From: the human T2T-CHM13v2.0 reference genome, Homo sapiens
Assembly: GCF_009914755.1 (NCBI RefSeq)
Contig: NC_060930.1
Strand: one strand, 5' to 3'
Length of the DNA: 64,000 nucleotides
Notes under the pieces: generated by a model
Told to the model about the DNA's origin: nothing
The model's input: the letters and a program-made list of their open reading frames with translations, nothing else
Databases searched by the model: none
Program-made: the position numbers and the translations under genes
Shown here: one piece after another, positions 1-12,400 of the stretch
How positions within the stretch are numbered: the first letter of the stretch is position 1
How the letters are laid out: the number at the start of each line of letters is the position of its first letter

Positions 1-639
1 TGTTAAACTTCCCATTCATTGGGACCAAGACCAATACTGATCTACTTGTGGCAAGAGGAAAGCAAAACTGAACTACTATTTACATATAACAATTCTTCAA
101 ATATTTGGAAACTGCTATCATATCTCTGGTATGACTTTCTCTTTCTTGAACTAAACATCACCAGTTCTCAATGCTGTTTTTCATAAATGATGGTTTTTCA
201 TGGTTTGACACTATATGAGTTCTATGTACTTTATACTTCTTCAATACTAAAAAGTATACGTTCAAGCAAGATAATTTGCTGAAGAAATTTTTTTAAAAAT
301 TTATAAATGCTTCACGTCTAAATTGTTCTTAGCTTGATAATATGGTTTAATATGATTATATTTTCAAAAATATATGAGCTTGAACATCAACTCCAGTTAG
401 AAACTTGAAAAAAACTTTAGTAACTTAAAATTATCATGAAACTACAGATCTTTCACCCACACTATTGAAAATTTCCTTAGGCCTCAGATTTTCTAGTTGG
501 AATTTTAAAAATTATTCTTTTCTTTTTTTCTTTTGTTCCAATTGGAATTTATAAACATATTCTCTGAATTGTTTTCTCTCTTTAGGGCATTAAGTGGTTA
601 AATGAAGATGTCAGTTTTGTGGTGGGAAAAAACTTTGAA

Positions 640-770
640 ATGGAAGTGAAGAAGCCAAGGTTCTATTCTCAATTCCAAAGCATAAGCATATTTCACTTTG
701 GGCATAGTATTAGGCTTAGTTTTCTCATCTGTAAATAAGCAGTTGGACTAGGAGAACTTGATGATGCTTT
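640..770 (+). mobile_element. MIR-family SINE fragment
   Basis: Core 'ttgggca...cttagttttctcatctgtaaa...gttggactag'. Confidence 0.55.
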
Positions 771-2112
771 AGAAGATTTAATGACAAGATCAACATAATG
801 ATGATCTATTAAATACCATCTTTGAAATACTTTTTTTATAAAATAAAATTATTAGGGACCTGATCAGAAGATGTTAAAAATATGATTTAATAAATATAAC
901 CTACAATTTAAGGAAAAAATTAGAATATTATCCATTTTAACTTTTAAGTAAGTAATATAACTCAACAGTATTTTGGCAATGATTCAAATTATAAAGACAG
1001 AATATATAATGATATGAATTTAAGATACATATATATGATGACTATAGAGTATATCTTCTTTATATCACATTTGATTATAAGTTTTTGATACACTCATAAC
1101 TGTTATTTATGTTGAAAGCATTTAAATTGAAAACTTGATATTGTTACAGGTATTTATATAAAAGCATTTAGCCAAACCAACAAACTGAGGTGTTCAAGTT
1201 TTGGTCTGTATAGTGAAGGTAGTATGAATTGTGAGAATCTCCATATGCAAGGAGTCCACAATCACTGAGAAAAAATAACAAAACTGAGGGTGGAAAGGCT
1301 GTGGGAAAAAAAAAAAGCTTTCAAACTCAGTGCTGGTTTGTAGAGTTGGGGCAGCATTTTCAGTTACAGGTCTGTCTTATTATATATGCAAATACTTGAC
1401 TTTATACCTGATTTGAGAAAATGGAGGAATCACAGTTGTTCAATGAATAAGACATTATATTTGAAACCATATAGTACACCCAATCAGTATTCACTTAGTA
1501 TAGACAATTAGTGTTCAAGCTGGGATTTTAGGACCAAAAGGGAAAACTGCTGATTTGCTTGGTCCAATGCATACATGACAAAGTAGATGACCAAATTCCA
1601 TTTCTGTAACAAAAATGAAATAGATACTCCATATGTGAAATATGTCTACTAAGTGTCACCACAGAACAGAAATTATTAATCTTTATGTAAATTATGAGAA
1701 ACTAATGCTGTAAGGAAGCAGTTTAAAAATTTTTTTTAGCTGTGGAATTTGTTCTTACAACAAACTCTTGTAGCAGCTCAATATATTAAAAATAAATAAA
1801 TAAACAAAAAGATTAAAGCGACTGAAGTGGATCTGAGAGAAATCCACATCTCTTTTCTCACTTCCAAACAGCACACTTCTCCCTACTCCTAACCTCATGA
1901 CAGCAATTCCTGTGACACCTCAGAGCAACCTGAAGCAGTCTAAATATTACAGGTATAGGAGGAAATCTTCCAGTGGAAAGGGACTGTGGAAAATTATATT
2001 TGCTCTTGGATAAAAGTTTGAAAATTCTAAAATCTCATCATCCCTTTCATTTTCCTGAATAATATTTTTGGGAAAAAAATTGGTAAAAATTTCTATTTAA
2101 AAATAAAACAGT

Positions 2113-2424
2113 CCAGGTAGGTGGCTCCTGCCTTTAATCCCAGCACTTTGGGAGGCCTAGGCTGGAGGGTCACTTGAGGTCAGGAGTTTGAGATTAGCCT
2201 GGGCAACAAAGGGAGACCCCATCTCTAGAATAAATTAAAAAAAAAAAAAAAGCTGGGCACAGTGGCACATGTCTGTAGTCCCAGCTACTTGGGAGGCTGA
2301 GATGGGAAGTGGCTTGAAGCCCAGGAGTTTGAGACAGCAGTGAGACAGCAGTGAGCTATGATCACACTACTACACTCTAGCCTGGGTGACAGAGGAAGGC
2401 TCAATCTCAATCAATCAATCAAAG
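2113..2424 (+). mobile_element. AluJ-type SINE
   Basis: Dimeric Alu with TSD ataaaacagt (2103-2112 / 2425-2434), an internal 11-bp duplication (gagacagcagt)x2 and a (TCAA)n tail. Confidence 0.92.
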
Positions 2425-2449
2425 ATAAAACAGTTTCATTGTTTCTAAA

Positions 2450-3312
2450 GAGTTTATAAAACCATTCCCTACTAAAGAGACTAGGTGTGTTTGCAGAAAT
2501 AGTTAATTCCAAGTCTGAGAAGTGGAAAGTACAAAATTAGATCTTAGAAGATCCTATTGTGCAAAATGGTAAAAACCAGAAGCTAGCTTGAAGGGGCTTC
2601 CACTGGCCAAATTTGGGCCAATATTATCTTCAAAGTAAATTGTATAGTGATAGATTGTAACACTTTCAAGATGTCCACAGAGTAAATTATAAAAGTCCAC
2701 AGAGATATAAATTAATAAATAGGGGAAAGGAAGCTATTCCATACATATAGTGGGATGAAGGAAATGATGGAGTTAGAAAATCATCAAAAGATGCTAAAAT
2801 GAATGGGTAAAAGTTTGATGAGGGGCACTATATATTTAGTCACACAAGTATCTCCTCCCTTATTAGAAACAAAGGGGAAAATAATAACTTTATATGGAGA
2901 AACTTAGAGGAAACAACCTTTAACAAGTGATAAAAATGAATGTCAGCAATACTGGACAAATCCAATAACATTTACTACCTGGTGTCAAGTACTAAGACAT
3001 AACTTCACTTCTGTTGTATTATTGTTACAAAGCCAATAGGGCTTAATCATGAAAAAACTTTAGACAAACTCAAATTGGGAGTCATTTTACAAAATAATTG
3101 ATATACGCTCTTTGAAAAATGTCAAAGTCAAATCCAGAAAGACAAAATAAGGTCAAAGAACTGTTCTAAATTAAAGGAAACTAAACGGACATGATAAATT
3201 AATGCAATATGCAATCTTGGACAGGGATCTTGAACCAGAAAAAAAATTATCTATAAAAGACATTATTATTCCTTATTAATACAGATGCAAAAATCATCAA
3301 CAAAATACTAGC
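2450..3312 (+). mobile_element. Old L1M (L1MC/ME-like) 3' region plus a short ORF2 fragment
   Basis: A-rich L1M 3'UTR-like sequence; 3270-3312 resembles the L1 ORF2 '[11 protein letters not shown]' coding stretch. Confidence 0.55.
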
Positions 3313-3319
3313 AAGTTTA

Positions 3320-3865
3320 GTAGACCCTGTGTGTCCCTTCCAGACACCTTGGGTCTTGTTGGAAGGTAATCCTCCCTGAAATTTCTGGTGTTCCTACACG
3401 TCCAGGGCCTTCTGAGTAATAGAAACTAAAGTGCTAAACAGACAGAGAATGTCTTCATTTCCCCAGAGCCATTTTCTCCAATTCAAAGGGTAACAAAAGC
3501 CTAGAGACTCCTTTCTTATCTCCCAAGGAGTCAACTGCTTACTTTCCAAGATATAGGCCTTCCTTTCCTTCCTCAAGGGAGTCTGGTAACCATAGTAAAA
3601 GATAAGGTCCCTGCATGGCCAATTGGTCTACTTTTTTTCTCTCCTCTCTTTCTCTCTCCAGAGGAGAGGATGAACAGATGTGCCCATAGCTCCTATACAA
3701 GCTCAGAGTTTCATAATTTTGGAGTACCTCTCCTGTGGTGCAACCCATGCACATGCAGTAGCTGGCTCTCGCCATGTAGATAGACCAGTGGAGAGTTAGG
3801 GAGAAGCAACACGGTCTGTACCCTGACCCAGGTGTCAAAGTTAGCCTATGGCAGGCTACCTTTTA
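3320..3865 (+). mobile_element. Probable old ERVL-class LTR (MER54/MER73/MER74-like)
   Basis: GC-richer ~550-bp block containing 'cctatacaagctcagagtttcataattttggagtacctctcctgtggtgcaa', recognised by eye. Subfamily uncertain. Confidence 0.4.
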
Positions 3866-6800
3866 GTATGCAGGTAGGGCAACATCTTAGACACTTCACA
3901 GTTTCAGACTTATTTAACAGGTCTCTGACTGTATTTCTGGAGCAGTTACTAATTTAAATGATGTGCTATTTAGAAATGCCCACTTTATTTACCATAATAT
4001 AGTGATAGCTACATTTCTCATCTACTCAATTATAAAACAAAGAAAAAAGGAGATGAGATCTAAGACTATGATGTTATTCTCTTAAAAACAGAACATTATT
4101 TTACAATATTAAATATAGACACATAATTTTTCTTTCCATCCCCTCTCACTTAAATATGCTACTATGAAAACAAACAAAAAATTGATAAAAATGACAGCTA
4201 CAGATAAAGACAGTACAAATGTATAATGGTTAATCATATTTGAATATTTATCTCCTTTTTTTCACATTGAGAAAATACATGGATAATTGTATCAGATTTC
4301 GTTGGCACATAAAATTTCATATTCGGCTTTAATAAAAAATACTCTGTTCAATTTTATCAAATGATTTCTCTAAAAATGTAGTCAACAAATGTTTATGGTA
4401 GTAACCTAACTTATTAACTATATTTACCAATGGCTTAAGTCCAAATATCAGGTGGAAAGAAGCTAATAAGGAGATTCAATACATCATTCTCTAGAATGAA
4501 ATAAATAGCTGTCAAATAAACTTCTAATAATACAATGTAAAATACTCCCAATGGATGTTTAGAGAATTTTCTACAACTTTATAAAGACAGAAAAATGACT
4601 GCAAGCAAACATTATTTTAGCATGACTAAAGGCTATACTTAAACAACAATAAATTAATTCAAATAAATAGTATAAAATAAACATGTATACAAGTTAGGTT
4701 TCATTTTTGCCAAAATAAATAAAATTAACGAAAGTATGATGTATTTCACAGAAGTGAATATTTTAAAATAGGTTCAAAGGTCCTTTTATATTATTTAATT
4801 TGACAATTATATATGTGTATACATATTAAATTACATATATATGCACACTGTAATATGATATTGTAATCATGAAATCACACAAATAAATTGCCAAATAATC
4901 TAATGCATTCAACTCCTAAACCAGAAATATTTGATTTAAATCAGCTTGATCTATGTTGAATCTTTCAAAAACCAAAATTTTAAAACACATTTTATATAAC
5001 AACTAAGTCTACTTTTATGTAGCAAGTCAGAAAACATGCATTTATGCATTGGCTACATGCACATAAAGCACATACATGCAGGGCCCAATAGTAATATCTG
5101 CTTTTATGCAAGACATTCTGGAGGTGTGAAACAAAACAAGATAAAAATTACAAAGTGCTATGGTAAAAAAAAAATAGTACCTAGTTAACAAGGCAAAGCA
5201 ACTTGTATTAGCTATCTTCACATTTTGCTGCTTGAGACATAAAGATGGATAGTTAAAAAGGGGAATCAAAGAAGATTTAAAGAATGAAGAAATGGATGGA
5301 AAAGTTGGTAACTTCTATAAGCAATTTATACTGAGACACACAAAAAAAAAGAGATAATGCTAATACATAATAGAGGCAAAGACTTGAAGTGAATGAAACA
5401 TTAGCTTCACTGTCCTGGTTTAAATCTAATTTTATATAAGTTCCTTGGCATTCAACAATGTAACTGTATTAAAAAAAAAAACATTTTCAAGAAAATAAAC
5501 AAAACTACTTGTTTTGCTTCCAATTATTTCCAAAATTATGCACAGTATTTTCTTTTGATATTTTGGGTAAAACTTAAAATGGGAAGACAAGAATGAAAAA
5601 AGAACATTTATTGCATACTTACATACCTAGGATATCCAATTCCCATCAATATGACAATTGGAACTGAGGTGGCCAAGAGGTAAAAAGAAATATTATTTGC
5701 CATCAGCAGAAAGGCTGGTAACGGAAGGAATTTTTCCATGAAAATTTAAATCTATCTTAAGAGATTTTATTAAAATTTCCCTAATCACATTCACTACTAT
5801 CAACAAAGAAGTTGGGAATAGGTCTATGGCATGCACAAAGGCAGATCTAAGCTTAGTTTATATCTTCAAATTCCTAAACATCATTCGGAGACAAACTGTT
5901 CCACTGTGCTCTTTCAGTTTGTGCAGTAATTCCAGAAATCACTGATTAATGGTTTAAAAATCATTTAGAAAGCTCAAATGCTTAAATATATGTACATTTG
6001 TAGATGTCTGTATTTGCAAGGAGGAAACTGAATACACTTCAAAGATAGGAGTATTAGGTGTAAGGTGATGTGGGGGGAAACTAACTCATTAGCCTTTTCT
6101 TTTTATATCTTTGCATCCATTCACTTGTTACAAGTATGTATTAGTTCAGTAACTTGAAAATCCTCAAAGACTTAGGAAAAAATTGTTAATAGCAATGAAG
6201 AAAAATACAATACTAATATTCCTCATTAAAAAGTATTCCTTTGAAAATGAGAACAAAATAACAAGGTTAATTTTAAAAACTGTTGTATAAAATTTCAAAA
6301 ATATAATGGAGTGCTCTTATGATAAGCTAGCTATATTTCAGAAAAACAAAAATTTTCTCTGCTCTAAAATCTAAATTTTTAAAAGGGCTCCAAATTTACT
6401 ACTCAAGGGCTTAATGAATAGAAATTTAAAAAAGCAAAAATATACTAACTTAAAATAACTGGTGACAAAAATGATAAGTCTGTATCATGAAAAAATAGTG
6501 AAGTTGGATGGACATCTTAAATTAGGAGAAATTAGATAATTTAATACTTCTAATAGAAAGATCTATAACTAGATGAAATAATAAGAGCAAATTTACATAA
6601 AAAATGTTTTTAAGGAGAATACTGACATTCTTTCATTGATCTTTACAGACCACAGAGGGAAAAAAATCCTTAAGAAGGTAGTCAAAGCTACCTTTGTTAC
6701 TGTTCCACATCTCAAAGTTGTTTTCCCTTCAGCCTCTACTTTCAGCTTACCAAAGAACTAATAATTATCTTCTTGATTTTTCTTGAAGTTGTTTTGCCCC

Positions 6801-7072
6801 CCTGATCTTATAAGATCAGACTTAAGCAGAAGACTTCACCTATTCACTTATTCATCAAACACTGTCTGAGCACCAACTATATGCCAAGTGCTGGTGAGGC
6901 CATGGGAATAGGGTCATGTGCTACATAACCACATTTTGATCAACATTGGACAACATATATGACATTGGTCCCATATAAGGGCTATATCATATATAGCCTA
7001 GGTACATGGTAGGCTATATCATCTAGGTTTGTGAAAGTACACTCTATAATGTTTGCACAACGAAATAATGCA

Positions 7073-9460
7073 TCATATGGTTTGGCTGTGTCCCCACACA
7101 AATCTCATCTTGAATCGTAATGTAACTCCCACAATTCTGATGTTTCGTGGGACTAACACGGTGGGAGGTAATTGAATCATGGGGGTGGGTCTTTCCTGTG
7201 CTGTTCTTGTGATAGTGAATAAGTGTCACAAGATCTGACAGTTTTAAAAACGGGAGATTCCCTCTACAAGCTCTCTCTTTTCCTGCCGCCATCCATGTAA
7301 GACATGACTTGCTTCTCCTTGCCTTCTGCCATGACTGTGAGGCCTCCTCAGCCATGTGGAACTGTAAGTATGTGAAACCTCTTTTTTTGTAAATTGCTCA
7401 GTCTTAGGTAAGTCTTTATCAGCAGTGTGAAAATGGACTAATACAGTAAATTTGTACCAGTAGAGTGAGGTGCTACTGAAAAGATACTCAAAAATGTGCA
7501 ATGACTTTGGAACTGGGTAGCAGGCAGAGGTCAGAACAGTTTGGTGGGTACAGAAGAAGACAGGAAGATGTGGGAAAGTTTGGATCTCCCTAGAGACTTG
7601 TTGAATGGCTTTGAACAAAATGCTGATAATGATTTGGGCAATGAAATCTGGGCTAAGGTGGTCTTAGATGGAGATGAGGAACTGGAGCAAAGGTGACTCT
7701 TGTTATGTTTTAGCAAAGAGACTGGCGGCATTTTGCCCTTGCCATAGAGATTTGTGGAACTTTGAACTTGAGAGAGATGATTCAGGGTATCTGCTGGAAG
7801 AAATTTCTAAGCAGCAAAACATTCGAGAAGTAACTTGGGTGCTGTTAAAAGCATTCAGTTTTAAAAGGGAAACAGAGCATAAAAGTTGGGAAAATGTGCA
7901 ACCTAACAATGCAGTAGAAAAGAAAATCCCATTTTCTAAGTAGCAATTCAAGTCTGCTGCAGAAAATTGCATAAGAAAAGAGGAGCCAAATGTTAGTCAC
8001 CAAGACAAAGGGGAAAATGTCTCTGGGGCATGTCAGAGACCTTTGTGGCAGCCCAACCCATCACAGGCCCAGAGGTCTAGGAGGAAAAAGTGGTTTTGTG
8101 GGCTGAACCCAGGGTCCCCATGCTGCGTGCAGCCTAGGGACTTGGTGCCTTCCATCCCAGCTGCTCCAGCTATGGCCCCAAGTCTTGGCAGCCTCCATGT
8201 AGTGTTGAGCCTGTGAGTGCACAGAAGTCAAGAATTGAGGTTTGGGAACCTCTGCCTAGATATCCGATGATGTATGAAAATGTCTGGATACCCAGGCAGA
8301 AGTTTGCTATAGGGATGGGGTCCTCATCGAGAACCTTTGCTAGGGTGGGAGCCTCCACACAGAGTCCCTACTGGGGCACCACCTAGTAGAGCTGTGAGAA
8401 GAGGGCCACCATCCTCCAGACCCCAAAATGGTAGATCCACTGACAGCTTGCACCAGGCACCTGGAAAAGCCACAGAAACTCAACACCAGCTCGTGAAAGC
8501 AGCTGGGAAGGAGGCTGTACCCTGCAAAGCCACAGGGGTGGAGCTGCTCAAGGCCATGGGAGCCCACCTCTTGCATTCAGCATGAACTGGATGTGAGACA
8601 TGGAGTCAAAGGAGATCATTTTGGAGGTTTAACATTTGACTGCCCCACTGGATTTTGGACTTGTATGGGGCCTGAAGCCCCTTTGTTTTGGCTAATTTCT
8701 CCCATTTGGAATGCTGTATTTATCCAATGCCTGTACCCCATTGTATCTAGGAAGTAACTAACTTGCTTTTGATTTTACAAGCCCATAGGCAGACGGGATT
8801 TCCCTTGTCTGGATGAGACTTTGGACTGCGGGCTTTTGAGTTAATGCTGAAATGAGTTAAGACTTTGGGGAACTGTTGGGAAGGCATGATTGGTTTTGAA
8901 ATGTGAGGACATGAGATTTGGGAGGGGCCAGGGTGGAATGATATGGTTTGGCTGTGTCCCCACCCTAATCTCATCTTGAATTGTAACTCCCACAATTCCC
9001 ATGTTTCATGGGAGGAACCCGGTTGGAGGTACTTGCCAAATAAATTGCCAAATAATCTAATGCATTCAACTCCTAAACCAGAAATATTTGATTTAAATCA
9101 GCTTGATCTATGTTGAATCTTTCAAAAATCAAAAATTTAAAACAAATTATATAAAACAACTAACTTTACTTACTCCCACAATTCCTTTACTCATGGCGGT
9201 GGGTCTTTCCTGTGCTATTCTCATGATTGGGAATAAGTCTCAAGATCTGATGGTTTTAAAAACAGGAGTTTCCCTGCACAAGCTCTCTCTCTTTGCCTGC
9301 CACCATCCATGTAAGATGTGACTTGCTCCTCCTTGCCTTTTGCCATGATTGTGAGGCCTCCCCAGCCATGTGGAAATCTAAGTGCATAAAACCTCTTCCT
9401 TGTGTAAATTGCCCAGTCTTGGGTATGTCTTTATCAGCAGTGTGAAAATGGACTAATACA
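7073..9460 (+). mobile_element. Complete THE1 (THE1B/C-like) MaLR element: 5' LTR 7073-7445, internal region 7446-8938, 3' LTR 8939-9460
   Basis: Both LTRs begin t(g/c)atatggtttggctgtgtcccca and end aaaatggactaataca. Internal region begins gtaaatttgtaccagtagag; polypurine tract gggaggggccagggtggaa precedes the 3' LTR. Confidence 0.95.
9037..9171 (+). repeat. 135-bp direct copy of 4880-5014 inserted in the THE1 3' LTR
   Basis: Manual alignment: 92/92 identical, then 36/43. Confidence 0.97.
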
Positions 9461-12400
9461 GTGCCTAACGGTGCATTTCTCAGAATGCATCCCCATGCAT
9501 TAAGCAACGCATGTCAGTACAATGGTGAGCAAAACCAGAGACAGCCCTTGTTGTAATAGGAATTATGATCCTATAATAAAGGGTGACACTAATTTTAAAA
9601 AGCCAAAAAATGTAAAACTATAGCCGGAATTACGAATAAGATATACAGTGTTATTACAGCTTATAATAAGAAGGTGACAGTCAGGGATGTTTAAAAAAAA
9701 GGGTTTCTCTGAGAAAGATGAAGTCTGAAGAATTTGGTAGAGTACAACTAAGTGAAGAGAATAAGGATGTGTGAGTCATAGGGAACAATTTGTACAAAAG
9801 CCCCAAGAAAAGTAAAAGAGCATCACTATGATGAGGGATGAAAGAAGGCGTGGGAGGTGGAAGTGAGAGAGAAAGTAAGAAAGAGAGAGAGAAATATGTA
9901 AAGAAGAAGCAGGTAATGGCAAAACAATATGAGAATAACTGGGCCCTTATACAGGAACTTTAATCATTTAAATGTCATACTGGAACCGTGTTTTGAAAGC
10001 CAGGTCTAGCTAGCTGCTATGTACAGTCTGTCAATAAGAGGGACAGAATGAAGGCAGGCAGGGCAGTTAAGAAGTGGCTAGAGTAGTCCAGGAAAGACAT
10101 GATGGTTGCTTGGCTTACGTAGTGGTGGCAGAAAGAGGAGGGAATGGAGAGAAATGGGCAGACTTAAGAGATACTTAGGAGGTAAACTAGATAGGCATTG
10201 GTGAGGGTTTACAAATGAGACTGAGGGAGAGAGAGTTGACAAGGATGATGTTTTGGTTTCTGGCTTATGGAACTAAATCTATAGTCATGCCATTCACTAA
10301 GCTAAGGAATGACAGATTACTACCATTTTGTAGGGGGAGATTACAAATTTGGTTCAGATACACTGTATTTGAGATACCCAAGAGAAAAGGCCAGCCACAC
10401 AGGATCATATGGATCCAGAGCTCAGAAAAGAGGTCTGGGTTTGGAGTACAAATATGTAAGGTAGTTCTATAAAGGTCATAATTGGGATGGGATAAAACCA
10501 CAAGAAAGAGAACTAAATTTATAAAGGGTCTAAGGCCACGCCTGGTAGAGAAGGAAAATGCTATAAAGAATGAGGAATGGGCAAAGAGATTAGAGGATAA
10601 AGAAAAACAGAGTTTTGTGTCAAAAAGAGTAAGGAGATAGGTAAAAGGTAAAATCAGCATTTTGCAAGTATTTCCACTTCTACAACCTCCACCTAATCTA
10701 TTGATTATTTTATTCACAATTGTGAGCTCTTATTATCAGGGAATTTTATCTTTTTGTAAAAACAACCTTTTATTGAGGGTGTATCAAGCTTTGAATTTTC
10801 CTTGATATTTAGTTAAAAATGTGCTAATCACCTTTGGCTTTGGTTTTGGAAGTGTGAACAGCAGAATGCCTAGGTCAACATGATTTTTCCTGTTCTTGAA
10901 TTAGGCATGACCAATGATCATGTGATAATGTTTATTACCATAGTTTTTGACCAGTCTAATAGCATAATATAAACAAGACATGCCATCTGGATTTTTTTTT
11001 CTAAATATCATAAATGTTTTCTGTCATCTTGAAAATCAGTTCCATTCTCCACTGATACTTCTAAATGAACTGTTCAAGAGCAGCTGCTTTTTCAAATAAT
11101 TGTGTAGAATAAAAAGTAAACACAAAAATAATAGAAATTTAAAAACGTAAGAGGACAATAATTTTCAACCCCTTTCTAAAAATATTTGGAAAACACTATA
11201 TTTAAACACTGTACAAAGCTTCAGTTTGTAAGTTTGCTTAAATAAAACAGTACCATTTAGCAATGACCAAATCTTCAAGATTAGGAGAGAAGAGACAAAT
11301 ACTTACTTAAGTAACTTATTATCAGAGAGAAAGAATAGCTTAATAATTTGGTGACAGTAAAATAAGTCTTGCTCTTCTACTGGTCTCAGCTGAAAATGAG
11401 CATTTATTAGTATCCCCAATATGCAGTATATTAATGACAAGATTACTCTAGCAGCTTATGGTGCTAAGAAATTATTGCTTTTGAATTACAATGTCCAATT
11501 TTTAAAATCTAACTACTAAATTTATAATTATAATTAAATTCTCTTTGATAAATTTTCATTATATTCTACTAGAAATTCCTTCTATAATGGTGATATTTTC
11601 TTCTGGCCTTTACTTTAACCAAATGTTGATGTTAACTTTCAACTATCTGGCATTTGGCCCATATAGGATGATAATGCACTTCCAACTCTTCCAAACACCT
11701 TACCCATAGAATGTCTATAACAAATGACTGTTAACAAAGGAATGAATAAATGGATAAATGTATAACCTCAATGTCTTATCCTCTTCTCTCTATAAAAGGG
11801 CCACTGTTAATGAAAAAGTACATCAAGTATCAACTATTGTTTTTATATATTAGTTATATACAAATATATTAATGAAATTTTTATCTTATATATAGGAAAG
11901 TTTTAAAATTCTAAGCAAATACTTGTAATATTAACTTAAAAGTAAAATAGAAAACTCAACATTACCAAGAAGTATTTTTTTTTTTGCCTGTGCAATATGG
12001 ATAGGGGAATTTCAATTTGACAGAAGACTCAACAGAGCTTTTCACTTTTTTAAAAGCAGACGTTTAGAAAATGATTCCTTTAGATTTTCTTGTACTTAAA
12101 AAACACCTGAAATATTTCTTTAGTAGTACTATCTTTAGTGGTAAAGATGAAGGAGAAATATCTTTAATTCTTGTGCTCCTAATTAAAATGTCTCCTTCGA
12201 CTCTAGCTTTTATATTCCTTTGGAATTACATCTCAGTTGAAAGTGGGAAGCGGAGTAAAGAAAGAAGCACTCAAATAATTCACAAATAAAAGTCATGCGA
12301 GGCAAATTTGATATAGCAGAAACACTAGTACTGAGAATTAGAGATGCTTATTATATCTGGAGAATATAAACTTTATAGGCAAAGGGCCAATGGAAAGTTT

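Larger units (their letters stand above)
6911..9517. mobile_element. Tigger3/MER7-type (TcMar) non-autonomous DNA transposon, split by THE1 (pieces 6911-7072 and 9461-9517)
   Basis: Ends 'gtcatgtgctacataac' and 'gcatttctcagaatgcatccc...ttaagcaacgcatg'; TA on both flanks (6909-6910, 9518-9519). Confidence 0.75.
6840..10630 (-). mobile_element. L2 LINE, interrupted by Tigger3 and THE1
   Basis: L2 3' end in reverse complement (attcacttattcatcaaacactgtctgagcaccaactatatgccaag) at 6840-6910; the purine-rich L2 body resumes at ~9520. Confidence 0.75.

Noticed and set aside
7044-9507. Cluster of 60-124 aa ORFs on both strands
   Set aside because: All lie within THE1 LTR or internal sequence and are typical spurious or decayed MaLR frames.
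10265-10717. Longest ORF in the track (150 aa)
   Set aside because: Overlaps a decayed L2 relic; low-complexity L/F/S-rich, with no recognisable domain or splice context.
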